Shown: positions 24,801-36,714, counted from the stretch's first letter. The stretch: DNA of 64,000 nt from Laetmonice hystrix (GCA_965235115.1 OZ249445.1:9238001-9302000), one strand, 5' to 3'. Numbers and translations: made by a program. The notes: a model not told the origin generated them from the sequence alone.

Positions 24801-27474
24801 AAACAGTGAAAGAAAATGGCAGGGAGTAAACAGGAAGACAGGGTTGAATTAAAGATATGTTTGAACTCGGACTGAAATACAATTGATACAGAGTAGTAAA
24901 TGATAGGTATCAACATTCTTGCACATCGAAACGTCAGATAAACTATCTGACCATATGTTATGATCGTTTGAAAAAAAAAATGATAAGAGAGATTCCTGTT
25001 ACAAAGAGAGACTCGGAGGTTAGTGTGAGTGGTTCAGCGGAAGTAGGGTGGTATTGAAATATGTCTCATTCACGTATTCATTGCCTATACCTCATCCCTC
25101 CTCCTCGAAAAATAAAAAAATCACCCCCCCCCGCTTTTTTTACAATAAATTCACAGCGTTTAATAAAAAAAAACTGCCATAACTCTTTTTTCGGAATATT
25201 CAGAAAGCGTCAAAACGCGGACTATCGGTGAGGAAAAGTCGAAAAAATCGAGAGTATACAAGCATGAAGTCTGTAGGCATCAAATGTGTGGACGAAACCT
25301 TCAAAGTAGGTTATTTTATCCTTTTTATTAAAACTTCTGAAGTTATTTGAAATTCCAATTGCTTGCCGAAATATCTTGCATTCGTACTTAAAAGTTGTGG
25401 TATTTTTGAATGCACATTGACCGGGTGCCATGACGTTTGTACAGGTCGCTATCCAGCCACTCCGGGATGGGACAGATTTACGAGACAACGTCCAGGTGGC
25501 GCTGGCTGTGTTTAAAGAGAACTGCGGGCTGGCTCCGATATCTAATGTCAAACAATGTATTCGTATGTTGAGTACACGCATAGCAAGTTCGTGTGAGAAC
25601 GTCACCTTACAACTCATTATGAAAGGGGAGGTAGGAATGAGATTGGAATTTGTTTTTCTCTGTATTAGTTTTGTAACAAAGATTTCAATATGTGGTGATC
25701 AGGCAAAAGCCAGAGAATGTAGTGCAATGTATGGATCTTACCTGTTTTTAAGTACATGTATTGCACCGTCCAGCAAGTTAAAAAAAAAATTGTTGTTGAT
25801 TTTTTTTCAGTTCCCGTATTTGGAAGTGCAGGGCAACATACCGGACATTCTGAAGAAGGCGTTGGTTTCCTTTGAGAATGTAAGTGATGGACTGTTGGTC
25901 GAAAGGAAGGAATCAAATAATAACCTTCTAAAGTAAGGATCACTGGTTGTAAAAATCTTGTTCAATAAAAGCAGAGCTAAACTGTAAAGAGTCAATATAG
26001 GAAGTGTTATCAGAAATCTTATTTGACGATTGTGCTTCTCTGCTTGATGTCCAGGTCAGAGAGTCGAAAATTTTATCGTGAACCTACCAAGGCCAGCAAC
26101 AATTTACTGTGAGACATTAATGAGGCTTTCTTTATTTTACAGCTTGTTTGTGAAGCCAAAAACTTGATCAAACACGCAGATGAGGTGCATGAACGGGTGA
26201 GTATTCAATAACCACAACCTTAAAAGATATCAAATATCTTAGATTTCTTAGCAGTCAAATACATGAGCTGAGGAAAATGGCAAAGTTACTATTGAGGTCT
26301 CGTTGTCGGGTTTGCTGTATATACGCAGTGTTTGAAGGCTGTCCGATATTAAAGACTTACTATTTGTTGCGTGGGGGCCAGTTAAACCATGCTCAGCAGG
26401 CTGGCATGGAGTGGCACGAAGAACTCAACACGATCGCCCAGCAGAGTGGACTCAAGGGCAAGAAACTCAACAAGGTCAGTAGGTCAAGGTCATTGATCCT
26501 TTGTAATTGTGTGCAAATCTGAAGTGGTTGAGGTAATAGATGTTATTCTAGTTATACCATTGTAGAAGGAGTGGCTATTGTAAACGGCTAGAGTCGTTTT
26601 ATTTGCGTACTAGCCTGTATAACTGTAGACGCTGAAAGGAAGGACTGACAAAACATGTACACGTAAGTTGTCAAGATGGATTGAATGGGGAATTCTGGTC
26701 ATATGTGGTCCGTTCAATATTCGTACATGTATATGGTGTGGTATCTGTTGCGAGGTATTTAGGAATGTATTATAAAGTTAAGTTCTGACACTTTGACTTT
26801 GAGTACATTTCATTATCTATCCCAGCGATATGTGTAGTTTCTTTCTGTCCCTATTCATTCGCCTCGTTTCTGTGGCAGGCTATGGAGAATTTTGCTTGGA
26901 ACATCCGTGTTTTGAAAGGACAGGCCGATTTGTTAAAACAAGCCCAACATGAGTGTGTGGAGTACATGAAACAGGTGGGCAAAATTATCTTTTCATCTAT
27001 ATAGTACCAGCAGAGGTGTTAATGATAGCTGCATAGTGGGACATCGTACAGCCAGAGGTGTTAATGATAACTGCATAATGGGACATCGTACAGCCAGAGG
27101 TGTTAATGATAACTGCATAATGGGACATCGTACAACCAGGGGTGTTAATGATAGCTGCATAATGGGACATCGTACCACCAGAGGTGTTAATGATACCTGC
27201 ATAGTGGGACATCGTACCACCAGAGGTGTTAATGATAGCTGGATAATGGGACATTGTACCACCGGAGCCGGGGGTGTTAATGATAGCTGCATAATAGGAC
27301 ATTGTACCACCAGAGGTGTTAATGATACCTGCATAATAAGACATTTGTAAAATGGTGTCATCTGATTTTGAAAACTATAATCATATGTTTCAGGTTCAAG
27401 AAGCAGCCATATCGACGGGTCTTGTGAAGGACCTGAAAATTTTCAGTGAGACCCAAAGCTCATCCACCACCTAA
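6819..27474 (+). CDS. PLCL: Phospholipase C-like protein (PLCL1/2, PRIP family): PH, EF-hands, X/Y catalytic barrel, C2, C-terminal helical tail; 5'-partial, about 973 codons reconstructed
   Basis: 25 GT-AG exons with consistent phase: 6819-6968, 7518-7733, 13833-13872, 14956-15085, 15325-15434, 15620-15686, 16458-16551, 18130-18247, 18501-18586, 18858-18975, 19171-19339, 19548-19643, 19743-19845, 20247-20426, 20989-21167, 21357-21495, 21687-21833, 21989-22086, 25204-25305, 25445-25630, 25811-25879, 26143-26196, 26382-26474, 26879-26974, 27394-27474 (TAA). Motifs: [23 protein letters not shown] (PH), SSHNTYLLEDQ, GCRCVELDCWDG, IYHGHT, SIENHC, SRVYP, ALNYQT, C2 domain, and the PLCL-specific tail KRGLSVRK...[20 protein letters not shown]. 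Confidence 0.95.
9059..10270. repeat. Minisatellite, 42-43-bp units: constant core AGCTCATGACATGCCCACAGTGGGTA plus 2-3 recurring tail types, about 28 copies
   Basis: Seen directly inside PLCL intron 7734-13832; ORFs 9045-10317 are repeat read-throughs. Confidence 0.95.
11670..11821 (+). promoter_or_regulatory. Putative internal promoter and short alternative first exon (MAATSP) of PLCL
   Basis: ATTGG (reverse CCAAT) at 11677 and 11740, palindromic E-box GTCACGTGAC at 11762-11771, ATG at 11803 in strong context (A at -3, G at +4), phase-1 donor G|GTAATT at 11821/11822 compatible with exon 13833. Confidence 0.5.
13873..14955 (+). other. U12-type (minor spliceosome) GT-AG intron in PLCL
   Basis: 5' site GTATCCTTT (13873-13881); branch site TTTCCTTGAT (14935-14944) about 12 nt from 3' site CAAAG; no real polypyrimidine tract; splicing gives in-frame ...MRDQ|WLQEVF. 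Confidence 0.85.
14157..14345. repeat. Three degenerate copies of an about 50-bp unit (TTTCATGGTGATG..AGAATGGACAGGTGCTTAAAGAGA)
   Basis: Copies near 14157, 14209 and 14306, inside the U12 intron. Confidence 0.7.
16545..17901. repeat. G-rich minisatellite, 36/37/43-bp units (GATGGTGAGTGTCGGGGTGGGG(GTGGGG)GCCCACGGGTCGTCT), about 35 copies, starting at a PLCL exon end
   Basis: Seen directly; each unit repeats the exon-end/donor GATG|GTGAGT. Explains the three Pro-rich antisense ORFs within 16317-17993. Confidence 0.97.
19872..20038. mobile_element. 167-bp fold-back (palindromic) MITE-like element flanked by AT dinucleotides
   Basis: CTGGGCCCAGTTTTTCAAAAATTCTCAACTTCAGTAAAGCTTAC...AGGCTTCTGATTGGCTGG mirrored by CCAGCCAATCAGAAGCCT...GTAAGCTTTACTCAAGTTGAGAATTTTTGAAAAACTGCACCCTG; AT at 19870-71 and 20039-40. 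Confidence 0.8.
22644..22921. mobile_element. 278-bp MITE with about 52-bp TIRs, TA-flanked
   Basis: GGCTGGGTTTCCATAGCAGTTCACGCTTCACGTGTCA at the left end; TGACACGTGAAGCGTGAACTTCTATGGAAACCCAGCC at the right end; TA at 22642-43 and 22922-23. Confidence 0.85.
27003..27345. repeat. Minisatellite, 42-bp unit (GTACCACCAGAGGTGTTAATGATAGCTGCATAATGGGACATC), about 8 copies
   Basis: In the last PLCL intron, starting about 28 nt after the donor; gives the 14-aa-period ORFs at 26993-27361. Confidence 0.92.
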
Positions 27475-29084
27475 AATCGACCCGAGTCGCCACAACGATT
27501 TTTACTTTGTAGATAGTCCACTAGAGGGCAGTCATAACCGGTGGCTGCCGATTTACAAGAAGAGTTTCTCGATCATTTGTTGTTAAGACAGTGGCACCTT
27601 CGTGAAAGTTCGTGCACGCACAAGTATTTATATATATACATAGGACCTTTATGAAAATTGGGTACATGCATGTTTGATGTTGAGAGATACATATATATTA
27701 ATACGTGTATTATAAGGTTTTAACTGTCTAATTACTAGGAGTGCGTGGAGTTAACCGGGGGCACAATATCTATACCATGAGGTATTGTTCTGCCCTCGAA
27801 ATATATTCACTCATGAATAAGAATTGCTCATGCGTGATACAACTGTATGATCTTGAAAAAATATAAATCAAAGAGTTTGCATTCCCATAACTAGTCCAAT
27901 CCATTTAACCTAATCATATCATGGTGTAGAATTTGGCCTGTGCGTAGAGCGTGAGTTAAAATCTAGCAGGTCGGACATGTGTTCGGGCTCTGGGTATTGT
28001 GCATGACGTCTGGTCAGTATGTTAGTACTCTGGCTGCCCGCAAGGTGTCAGCAGTAGTACACGCTTTTATTTCCTTTAGATTTCGCCCTATTCTGCTAGA
28101 TGTCATCAACGTACACTTTTGTCCTGACGAGTTACTATTTCTCTTGAAAGATTTGAGTGTTGTATGCTGTTTCCGGAACCATTTAATCATACTAAATACT
28201 TGGTAACAATGAAGTATATCTCATGTTTACAGTTGACGCTTGCCAACATTCGCAGACCCTGCCAGGATACAGCGTCCCTCTGATCTAGGTCACGTGACCA
28301 TATTCAGTTCTCAGACAGCAAGCGGGGGCGAACGCTAGGCTACGGTTAACACTAACGTTTGACATAAACAAAATGTCAGAAAAACAAGACAACCGCAACG
28401 TCACATCCTGCGTTGCCTTCCCCTGGTAACGAATTATTTTTCACTTGCTCTAAAAAAGTAATAAAATAAAGAAGGGGGGCAAAGATTTCGAATTTGTATG
28501 AAGATAACGGTATCCTTACTCCCCAAGATATCAAAGTTGGTACATATGGAATGTAAGGAATTCTATTTTCTACGTCATATATAGGACGCTTACGTTGCTA
28601 AGATCATGTCACCCTGCCCCACCTGGCGGAGTCCTATAACAAAGTACCAACTGTCATCAGGTAAGACTACGGACAGCAGTTCAGTTCAGTTGTTTTTCGA
28701 TGTTTACGTTTGGCTTTTTGAAAGTGTTTTTCATCGTTTGCCTCCTAGGAAGCCTTTCTCTGATTATACCGGTGTAACACATTGAATACTTGTGAACGGA
28801 TTCTAATGTATTTAGTGGGGAAGAAGCTTGTATTCTCAATAGACTGGTGTGGGTTATGATCTGGCGTACACCACTCATCTAGATCATTGATGGTAGGCAG
28901 GATTCGGGCCTCAATGACATCTATCGCATGCTACCGTTTTCACCTCGGTTGTATTTTTCTGAGTTTCCGACACCGAACATTTTTTAGAGCACGGGTCGTC
29001 CCATCTATGCATTTGTTAACTTCACCCCCGAAACCTTTGGCCGTCACGATTGCACGACCTTTTTGTCCCAATGTCAGTGAATCT

Positions 29085-29129
29085 AGGAGAATGAGTTATT
29101 AAAATCGAGGAGAATGAGTTATTAAAATC
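29085..29129. repeat. Short direct duplication (AGGAGAATGAGTTATTAAAATC, two copies, period 23)
   Basis: Seen directly. Confidence 0.8.
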
Positions 29130-30971
29130 TATTTGCTTGCCCTTAAAATGCAGGACCATTTGTGATTTAGTTACTCAACAAATTGTTCAAGCAGCATCCA
29201 TTTCATTGGAGGTGTTTGAAGCAATTCTTCACGAATCTAATGGCAATCGGTACCTCCGTCAATTCAAGTCAAGTCCAAAATATATATTGTTTTTTTAAGA
29301 AAAAAACCGTCACGCCCGTACTGGGTGAAGATAATGAGTTTGTACCGTATAAGTCGACCCCGTATTGGGTCCACATCGATCCTGTATGGGGATGAAAGGA
29401 GATAAATGTAACATACAGCTCTAACCATGTTATGTAACTTATTGTGTCCAGCTGACACCCAGCTGTTTACAGGACGTGGTATGTGAACGGATCAGGTGGT
29501 TAGGGAAGGCAGCTGTTAAAGGAAGGTGGTTTAAGCTGAGCTTGGAGTGTAAAATAGTCGTCCTTTTTTACAGGGTTACCTGCTATGATAGTGCTATTGT
29601 GTTCATTATTGTTTTGCCTGTATAAAGTATGGACTATAAAGTCTGTAACGTTATCATCTGTATATTTATCATGAGTCGTGTGCAGACACAGCCAGGTGTG
29701 CCGACTGACATGTAACTGAGTTTCCAACTGTTCTGACCGCACTGTTGAGGTCATGTCGAGCAGGCCAAGTAAAGGACGTTTTGTCCCTGTTAACAGACTA
29801 GAAGTTCTAGTGCCTCCTTCGTAAGGAGAGCCACGAACTGGAAACGATTGCCGTGATATTATAGACGATGGTTGTGGAAAATGCAGATTGAATTTTTTTT
29901 TGGATGGGCATCTTTCTTTACATTTTTCATATGCTCCAATTATGGGTTTGAGGAGGAAGAAGGGGGGTATTGAATTATAAAAACCCATATTATATATCTC
30001 ATTAGAATCCAGGCATGTGGAGAGTTTCCTAATTGTGCTATATATTGTACAGTATGATACTGTTGTTAGATATTTCTTCCTTACGATGCTGTTACTATTC
30101 CCTATGGTTATACTGTACATTACCCCCAGAAAGGATTGGTTATTTTGGGCTGCTACCATTCGTCTGCTGTGTCCGAAGTGTAGAATTTACGGCGTTTTAG
30201 CAGTAACGTTACTCTGTGTTGAAGTTCTAGCCTTTTTCTACCAATGAGGTAATAAGATACATGCAAGAACATGACACTAAATAGGCCTAGTAGTACATGT
30301 ATCTGGCGTATTTTTGTCGTGGAAAAATAGTACTTTATATTATTCATCGGATAAAACAGCCTGAACTAAAGTTTGTAACTAAGTTTGAGGCCATTCTCTG
30401 TCTTAAATTTGGTTACGGCTGGGTGAATAAAACACAACATGGCAAGTTTTTACGACTACATCAAGGTGCGAGTTACAACTTCTATCATCTTAAAGTGTTG
30501 ATCATTGAATGAACCTCGTTGTTGAGTCTGACCGGTATCTGCATACCGGGTCAGGTAGTCGAGGTTCCCCCTGCGGGGACAGGGTATGGCCTGCGAGAAA
30601 CAGTGCCTCAAGCGGACCATATCGGTACTAACTGTGAGTACGTTAAATATCTCATTGCATGCGGTTTGAATTAAAAACATTTCACGACCATATTATTGAT
30701 GTGATGCTGTCCCGCTGAACATGTAGGGCGAACCGTCAGACATGAGTTTTCAGGTTCACACAGTGTTGACTGGAAACAATCTACGTGTACCTTCTGTCTG
30801 ACGGAAAGAGTCGCCCTTGATTTGTTTCTAGATGCTGATGTTAGATGGTACAGCACGTAATGTATGCATAGAAAACGACGACGTTACGGCTAGGCAGTAT
30901 TACAGACTCCAAGGCTTTAGTACTTGTGATGTGCATTACTTAGGTTGCCAAATCCGAGAAACCCCACGAGA

Positions 30972-31049
30972 GAATGAATGAATGACGGAATGAATGAATG
31001 AAATGAATGACGAAATGAATGAATGAATGAATTACGGAATGAATGAATG
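30972..31049. repeat. Imperfect (GAAT)n microsatellite
   Basis: GAATGAATGAATGACGGAATGAATGAATG... seen directly. Confidence 0.9.
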
Positions 31050-32432
31050 TTGGGTACATTAAAGCTAGCAATATTGTCCGTTCCCAATCCATAAGGAAAT
31101 TGTGAACCAGACTCCTATTAGATTGTAGGCGAGGACTGATATTTTTGAACTTCAGAGTGTTAGCAGTACGGAGGTGATGAAGGTGGGAATTGTAGATTTA
31201 TATACTTGTATTTTAAACCAATAAACCCATGGTTGGTGCCTACAATTCCCGCCATGTAGACGCTCTCCATCCTGTGTAGGGGGTATAGAGAGGTGTATAA
31301 GTCGGTCTGTGCCCATCCAATGCAAAACGATTATCTTAAAGAAACTGTATTTCTACCGTTACCCAGGTAAGGTAGGACAGTTTCTACATCTACAACCACG
31401 TACTGCTCGGTGATTGGGGCTTCTCGTTCATTGTTAAATCTGGATACATGATGTAGGCCGAGTCGAGGGGGTTTCATGTTCTTTGTTAATATTGGATCCA
31501 ACATGTAGGCCTAGTCAAAGCAAAACTGTCAAATATAATGCTTAGCCTGCGACAATACCCTCTATTGTATGATATTGTACATGGACGGACGTTTTGTTGA
31601 TTTTTTTCTGACAACAATAAAAAGGAAACTGTAGAATAATCTAGCAGAAGATTTCGCCTCTTTGTTTTTAATAGCCCTGAGATAAAGGGTTCAGTGTATC
31701 GTCTCAAAAATAGTATAGTAGGTCTTAGGTACTGGTACTTTGTACTTTGTAGGCGAATCATCCCAGTTCTGAATATTGTAATGTACACGAGTTGAAGCTA
31801 TTTTCACACCTTAAATAAGTGTAGGCGTCCAATGTTTATATTATATGGGGCAGCCCCCAAACCGAAATTCAGTAATAACTGTTAGCATTTTAGGCCTAGA
31901 GGGGGCGTGGCCCTAGGTGACCACGTTGGGAGTTAGGCCATTTCTCGGCCAAGACAACGGTTTTAACCCAATTTATTGTGCCCCTTTCAGAGTCTGACAA
32001 GCCTTCCGCACGACTGTTCTCAGCAAAGTGTTTAGTCCAGTTTTAAGGTGTGTTCACATGGGGATGTGGATGGTGGCATTTTGAGTGAATCATGTATCAT
32101 GGAATTGGGACAAAATACTGTTGAATAACTTAACTTTCCTCCTCGCCATTGACGTCCGTCAGATAGCTATCTTTTTCATCTATAGTTTATTTTTTTGCAC
32201 CTATGTGTCCATAGGTGCGTATGGAACATGGAATCTCTCTATTGTAGCATGTAATTGCCCATGGACGACTTGTTAAAGTGAATCACAAAACTTGGCCCTC
32301 TCCATCACAAACACACGAGCTTGGTCCTACCTAAACCTATCGCCAAGAAACCTGACCCAAACCGTAACGAGTGACTGACTCGACCTCACTGCCAACCAAG
32401 GATGACTGCACAATGTGAGCACCCGCGCTGCC

Positions 32433-35400
32433 ATGAAGACTCGATTCTCCTCCCTACTCCTCCTCATCACAGCAATCAGCTGCCCTCTCTCCCCGGAGGC
32501 TGCGATTTGCATGGACTCAATCTGTGAGTATGAGTTCAGCGTCGACCTGACCCGCACCATGCAATGGCTCGGTCCTGGCGGCAACTATTTTGACGTACGA
32601 CTTAACGGGAGCAATGTCCTTCGTGTGGTGGCGACGGCCTGGGTTCAACCAACTGACCCAACCGTGGGCACGGTGGTCGATCCGGACGACGTGATCACTG
32701 CTGATGGCATACCACGGAACATCATCACCATCAACGGACAGTTCCCGGGACCTACCCTGGAGGTCATGGAGGACGCCCAGGTAAGAATGGGGAGAAGGAG
32801 GGTGGGAATCAAGGTTTTCTATCCCACCCTGCAGGGCCTTAGTCAGTTATACTGAGCCCCACCCCCACCCTACAAAATTTACCCCCGGGGTAGGACTAGG
32901 AAGAAGTGACTTTTATTTATGAGTGTTCACGGCAGGGTAGGACTAGGATGAGAAAAGTAGCATTCCCAACCTATGAAGCTGCGTGTCCACAGGTCCGGAT
33001 GCGGACACGGTTACGGATACGGATTTTTAAAAACACATTACAAATATAGGAACTGTGTCGGATCGGTCGCCGTGTCCGGACCCGCATGAGTGGACACAGT
33101 CCCTATATTTGTAATGTGTTTTTAAACATCCGTATCCGTGTCCGCATCCAGACCTGTGGACACGCAGCTTAACGGTTTCTGTATAACCCCTGAACAGGTG
33201 GTGGTGAGAGTGACCAACAACCTCCCATCGGAAGGAGTAACTATCCATTGGCACGGCCAGCACCATCGGGGAACATGTTGGATGGACGGCATCCCGTACA
33301 TCACCCAGTGTCCCATCCACCCCCGGCAGTCGTTTACCTACCGGTTCATTGCCGACCCTGCCGGTACCTTCTGGTACCACACCCACATCGAATACCAGCG
33401 CATGGACGGACTGCAAGGTTCGTCCATCACCTACACATGACCGGTTGTCAATGTGACGCCCGTGCGATTTTAATTTTGAGCTAGAAATCCCGCTGTAACA
33501 TATCCTCGGGGTCCATCCGCGAATACTGGAGGACATGGGATCCATCTATTAAACTCAGATTCAAACGGACGTCGCACAGACAATCGCTTCAGTGTGTATG
33601 GCCCCCAAATGCCCTTAATCTCCATTGCTGTGTGTGCGTAGGCTTATAGCAATTTTGATGTTGATTTCATTCATGGTAAAGTACAAGAAATGAAAAGTAA
33701 TACCGGTCATCGTAATACATTTCTTGCCCTATTTCAGTCTTGTACCACCCCCGTCCAGAATGCCCATGGTTGTGGTGGTGTATGCTGACCATCCGTCATG
33801 TTGTTATTACCAGGTATGTTGATCATCCACCGGACAGCGCCCTCCATGCCGTATTTCCCGGTGATGATCCAGGACTGGCGCCATGAGACCGGCCAGACAT
33901 ACGGCGCCGCTAACCGTGGGGCAGGCTCCGATTTCTGGGTCCGGTCCCCCGTGCCTGACATGGTGGACACTACAATAAACACCATCCAGGTTTGGATCAG
34001 TGGTCTCATTAACGGCCGCGGCCGGGCCGACCCAGGCGAGCAGCTCCCACTCACCGTGTTCACAGTCTCCCAGGGGACCACCTACCGGTTCAGGGTGGTG
34101 AACGCTGGGGCCGAGACGGCCCTCATCGTCTCTATAGACGGACACACCCTGGCTGTTGTAGCCTTGGATGGGTTTGAGGTCAGAGCTATCAAAGTGGACC
34201 GCGTCATCCTGGGACCGGCCGAGAGGGTCGACTTTGAGGTGGTCGCTGACCGCCCCGTGGGACAGTATTGGATGAGGTCGAAGAAACTGTTGGATCCAAT
34301 GCTGGGATTGGACATGCAGGAATCGTTGGCAATTGTTAGGTACGAGGGCTTCCCGGGTGAGGATGACCCGACCACGAGCTCCAAGAGTTGCACGTCGTCA
34401 GACCGGTGCGTCGAGTTTAACTGTCCGTTCTGGTACTACCCCGACTTCTTTTATATAGACTGTGTCCACATAGAGGATGCAAGACACGAGTACACGTTGA
34501 AAGAGTTCGCTGAGTATGACCTTTCCAATGAAACCCCAGAACGAACCTATTTCTTCAATATACAACTTTTTGAGGGAAGTTTTAATTTTAATGGAATACG
34601 GGACGTTGCGCGGTCTGTTCCAGTCTTTCAAACTGACAGCATGCCAGTATCCTGTGAGGGCTGTGCTGTGGATGAGTCTTGTACATGCACTCATAGAATC
34701 AAAGTTCCTTACAACAAGATTGTTCATCTCGTTCTAATAAACCGACGACAGACGCCTGGTCCGATACAGGCCCACATCATCCACTTACACGGCCACCACG
34801 GGGCAGTGCTGGCCCAGGGCTTTGCTAACTACACGTACGGCGGGCCCAGTAACAGTATCCGTCTCACCCCTAACCCGGACATCGAGTGTGACAGCCCCGT
34901 GTGCCGGGAGGCGTTCTGGAGTAACGGGCAACCAACCCTCAACCTGGACGAGCCGCCCCTCAAGGACAGTGTCTACGTCCCGGCCTCCGGGTACACGGTG
35001 TTACGGATCCGTACGGACAACCCTGGGCCCTGGTTTCTTCACTGCCACATGCAGCACCACCTGGTGGACGGACCCCTGAGACTTCTGCTTGAGATTGCTC
35101 CGGACCGTTACCCGCCCGTGCCGCCACACTTCCCGACTTGTCAGAAACAGTTTGAACTGACCACCAAACAGTTCTACGACTTGCTGAAGGATGCAGCGGA
35201 CCAGAGGAAAGCGGGTGGCTTCACCCGAGTGGACCCGAAACGCTGTGTCGATGATGGCGATGATGGCGACGATAGCGACGATGATGATGGCGACGATGAT
35301 GACGACGATGATGACGACGATAAGGGCCCGAGTACGGACGGTATGACATACGTGTATTCATTTCATCTTCTCCCTGTACATGTCTCTCGTTGTGGCGTTT

Positions 35401-35927
35401 CCAAAGGCAGGGGAGGCGGTCTGCCACGGCCATATCATTTCTTTAAGAATATTTACATTCCACGACAATAGTAAACCACAGCTGTAGATTTTCTGTCTTT
35501 TGCAAATCCAAGATAATTTACCCGTCCCTGACATGTTTAAAGATTGTTTTATATAAATAATGCTTCAGCAAGATATATGGACGCCGTATATCCCTATTGT
35601 CACATACAACGAGGAATCTCGATAAAACTGTAACTCTGATTCAATGTACTCAAGTAAAGATTTAGAACATTTGATATCAATAAACAAGTTGACAATGTTA
35701 AACAGCTGTTAGCCGATACCATGTGAATAATACCTGGATATGATTGTGATTAATTGGGAATCGTTTTGTCTTCAGGAGACGAGGAACTGCAGCTCAACAT
35801 GCTCCAGATTATTGGTATCTTCATTGCTGGACTAGTTGTTGGCTTCCTCATCACACTGGGAGCATTTCTAATGTTTATCTGCTGCCAGAGAATGCGACAA
35901 CGGATTATTGTTAAACCTGTCATGTGA
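32433..35927 (+). CDS. Three-domain multicopper oxidase (laccase/ascorbate-oxidase-like), 748 aa: signal peptide, Cu-oxidase domains, Asp-rich stalk, C-terminal TM helix
   Basis: Exons 32433-32780, 33198-33417, 33814-35340, 35776-35927 (TGA), phase-consistent. N-terminal MKTRFSSLLLLITAISC; INGQFPGPTL; copper motifs IHWHG, FWYHTH, HIIHLHGH, WFLHCHMQHH (10 His + Cys); last exon encodes IIGIFIAGLVVGFLITLGAFLMFICCQRMRQR. Confidence 0.95.
32976..33170. mobile_element. 195-bp fold-back MITE-like element in laccase intron 1
   Basis: AAGCTGCGTGTCCACAGGTCCGGATGCGGACACGG...AAAAACACATTACAAATATAGGAACTGTGTC is mirrored almost perfectly by the right arm ending ...GACCTGTGGACACGCAGCTT; flanks TGA/TAA resemble a degenerate Harbinger-type 3-bp TSD. 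Confidence 0.85.
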
Positions 35928-35942
35928 TTACCAGGACAGGTA

Positions 35943-36714
35943 TTCCTCTCTGAGATCAGGTCAGTCAGACAACACGGACCAGTTGATTACACCTGTGTCT
36001 GAGATCAGGTCACTCAGACAACACGGACTAATACCTCTCTGTCTGAGATCAGGTCACTCAGACAACACGGACCAGTTGATTACACCTGTGTCTGAGATCA
36101 GGTCACTCAGACAACACGGACTGATTTACCTCTCTGTCTGAGATGAGGTCACTCAGACAAGGCGGACTTAATACCTCTCTATCTGAGATCAGGTCACTCA
36201 GACAACGCGGACTGATTTACCTCTCTGTCTGAGATGAGGTCACTCAGACAACGCGGATTTAATACCTCTCTGTCTGAGATCAGGTCACTCAGACAACGCG
36301 GACTTAATACGTCTCTATCTGAGATCAGGTCACTCAGACAAGGCGGACTTAATACCTCTCTGTCTGAGATGAGGTCACTCAGACAACGCGGACTTAATAC
36401 CTCTCTGTCTGAGATCAGGTCACTCAGACAACACGGACCAGTTGATTACACCTGTGTCTGAGATCAGGTTACTCAGACAACGCGGATTTAATACCTCGCT
36501 GTCTGAGATGAGGTCACTCAGACAACGCGGACTGATTTACCTCTCTGTCTGAGATCAGGTCACTCAGACAACGCGGACTTAATACCTCTCTGTCTGAGAT
36601 CAGGTCACTCAGACAAGGCGGACTTAATACCTCTCTGTCTGAGATCAGGTCACTCAGACAACGCGGACTTAATACCTCTCTGTCTGAGATCAGGTCACTC
36701 AGACAACGCGGACT
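35943..36714 (+). repeat. Minisatellite, about 45-bp unit, 17 copies, each with an 8-bp perfect stem TGTCTGAG-N9-CTCAGACA, directly after the laccase stop codon
   Basis: 17 copies counted between about 35950 and 36710; linkers of 3 recurring types. Confidence 0.95.

Noticed and set aside
28510-28519. GTATCCTTAC as a second U12 donor, with TTCCTTACGAT near 30076
   Set aside because: No coding-like exon upstream and no coherent spliced product.
28373-30247. Possible small gene between PLCL and the laccase (ATG segments at 28373 and 29753 with donor-like sites; hydrophobic ORF 30017..30247)
   Set aside because: I could not join them into a phase-consistent ORF or recognise a domain; hydrophobic ORFs arise easily in AT-rich DNA. 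Non-coding exons cannot be excluded.
33027-35433. Minus-strand ORFs over the laccase
   Set aside because: Antisense shadows of GC3-rich coding exons and the MITE; no recognisable domains.
35341-35471. C-terminal tail of ORF 33798..35471 (MTYVYSFH...)
   Set aside because: Intron read-through after donor G|GTATGA; a downstream exon gives a coherent TM terminus.
35943-36714. Hairpin repeats with variable linkers suggesting a CRISPR array
   Set aside because: Linkers recur and are related to each other; it is a minisatellite.
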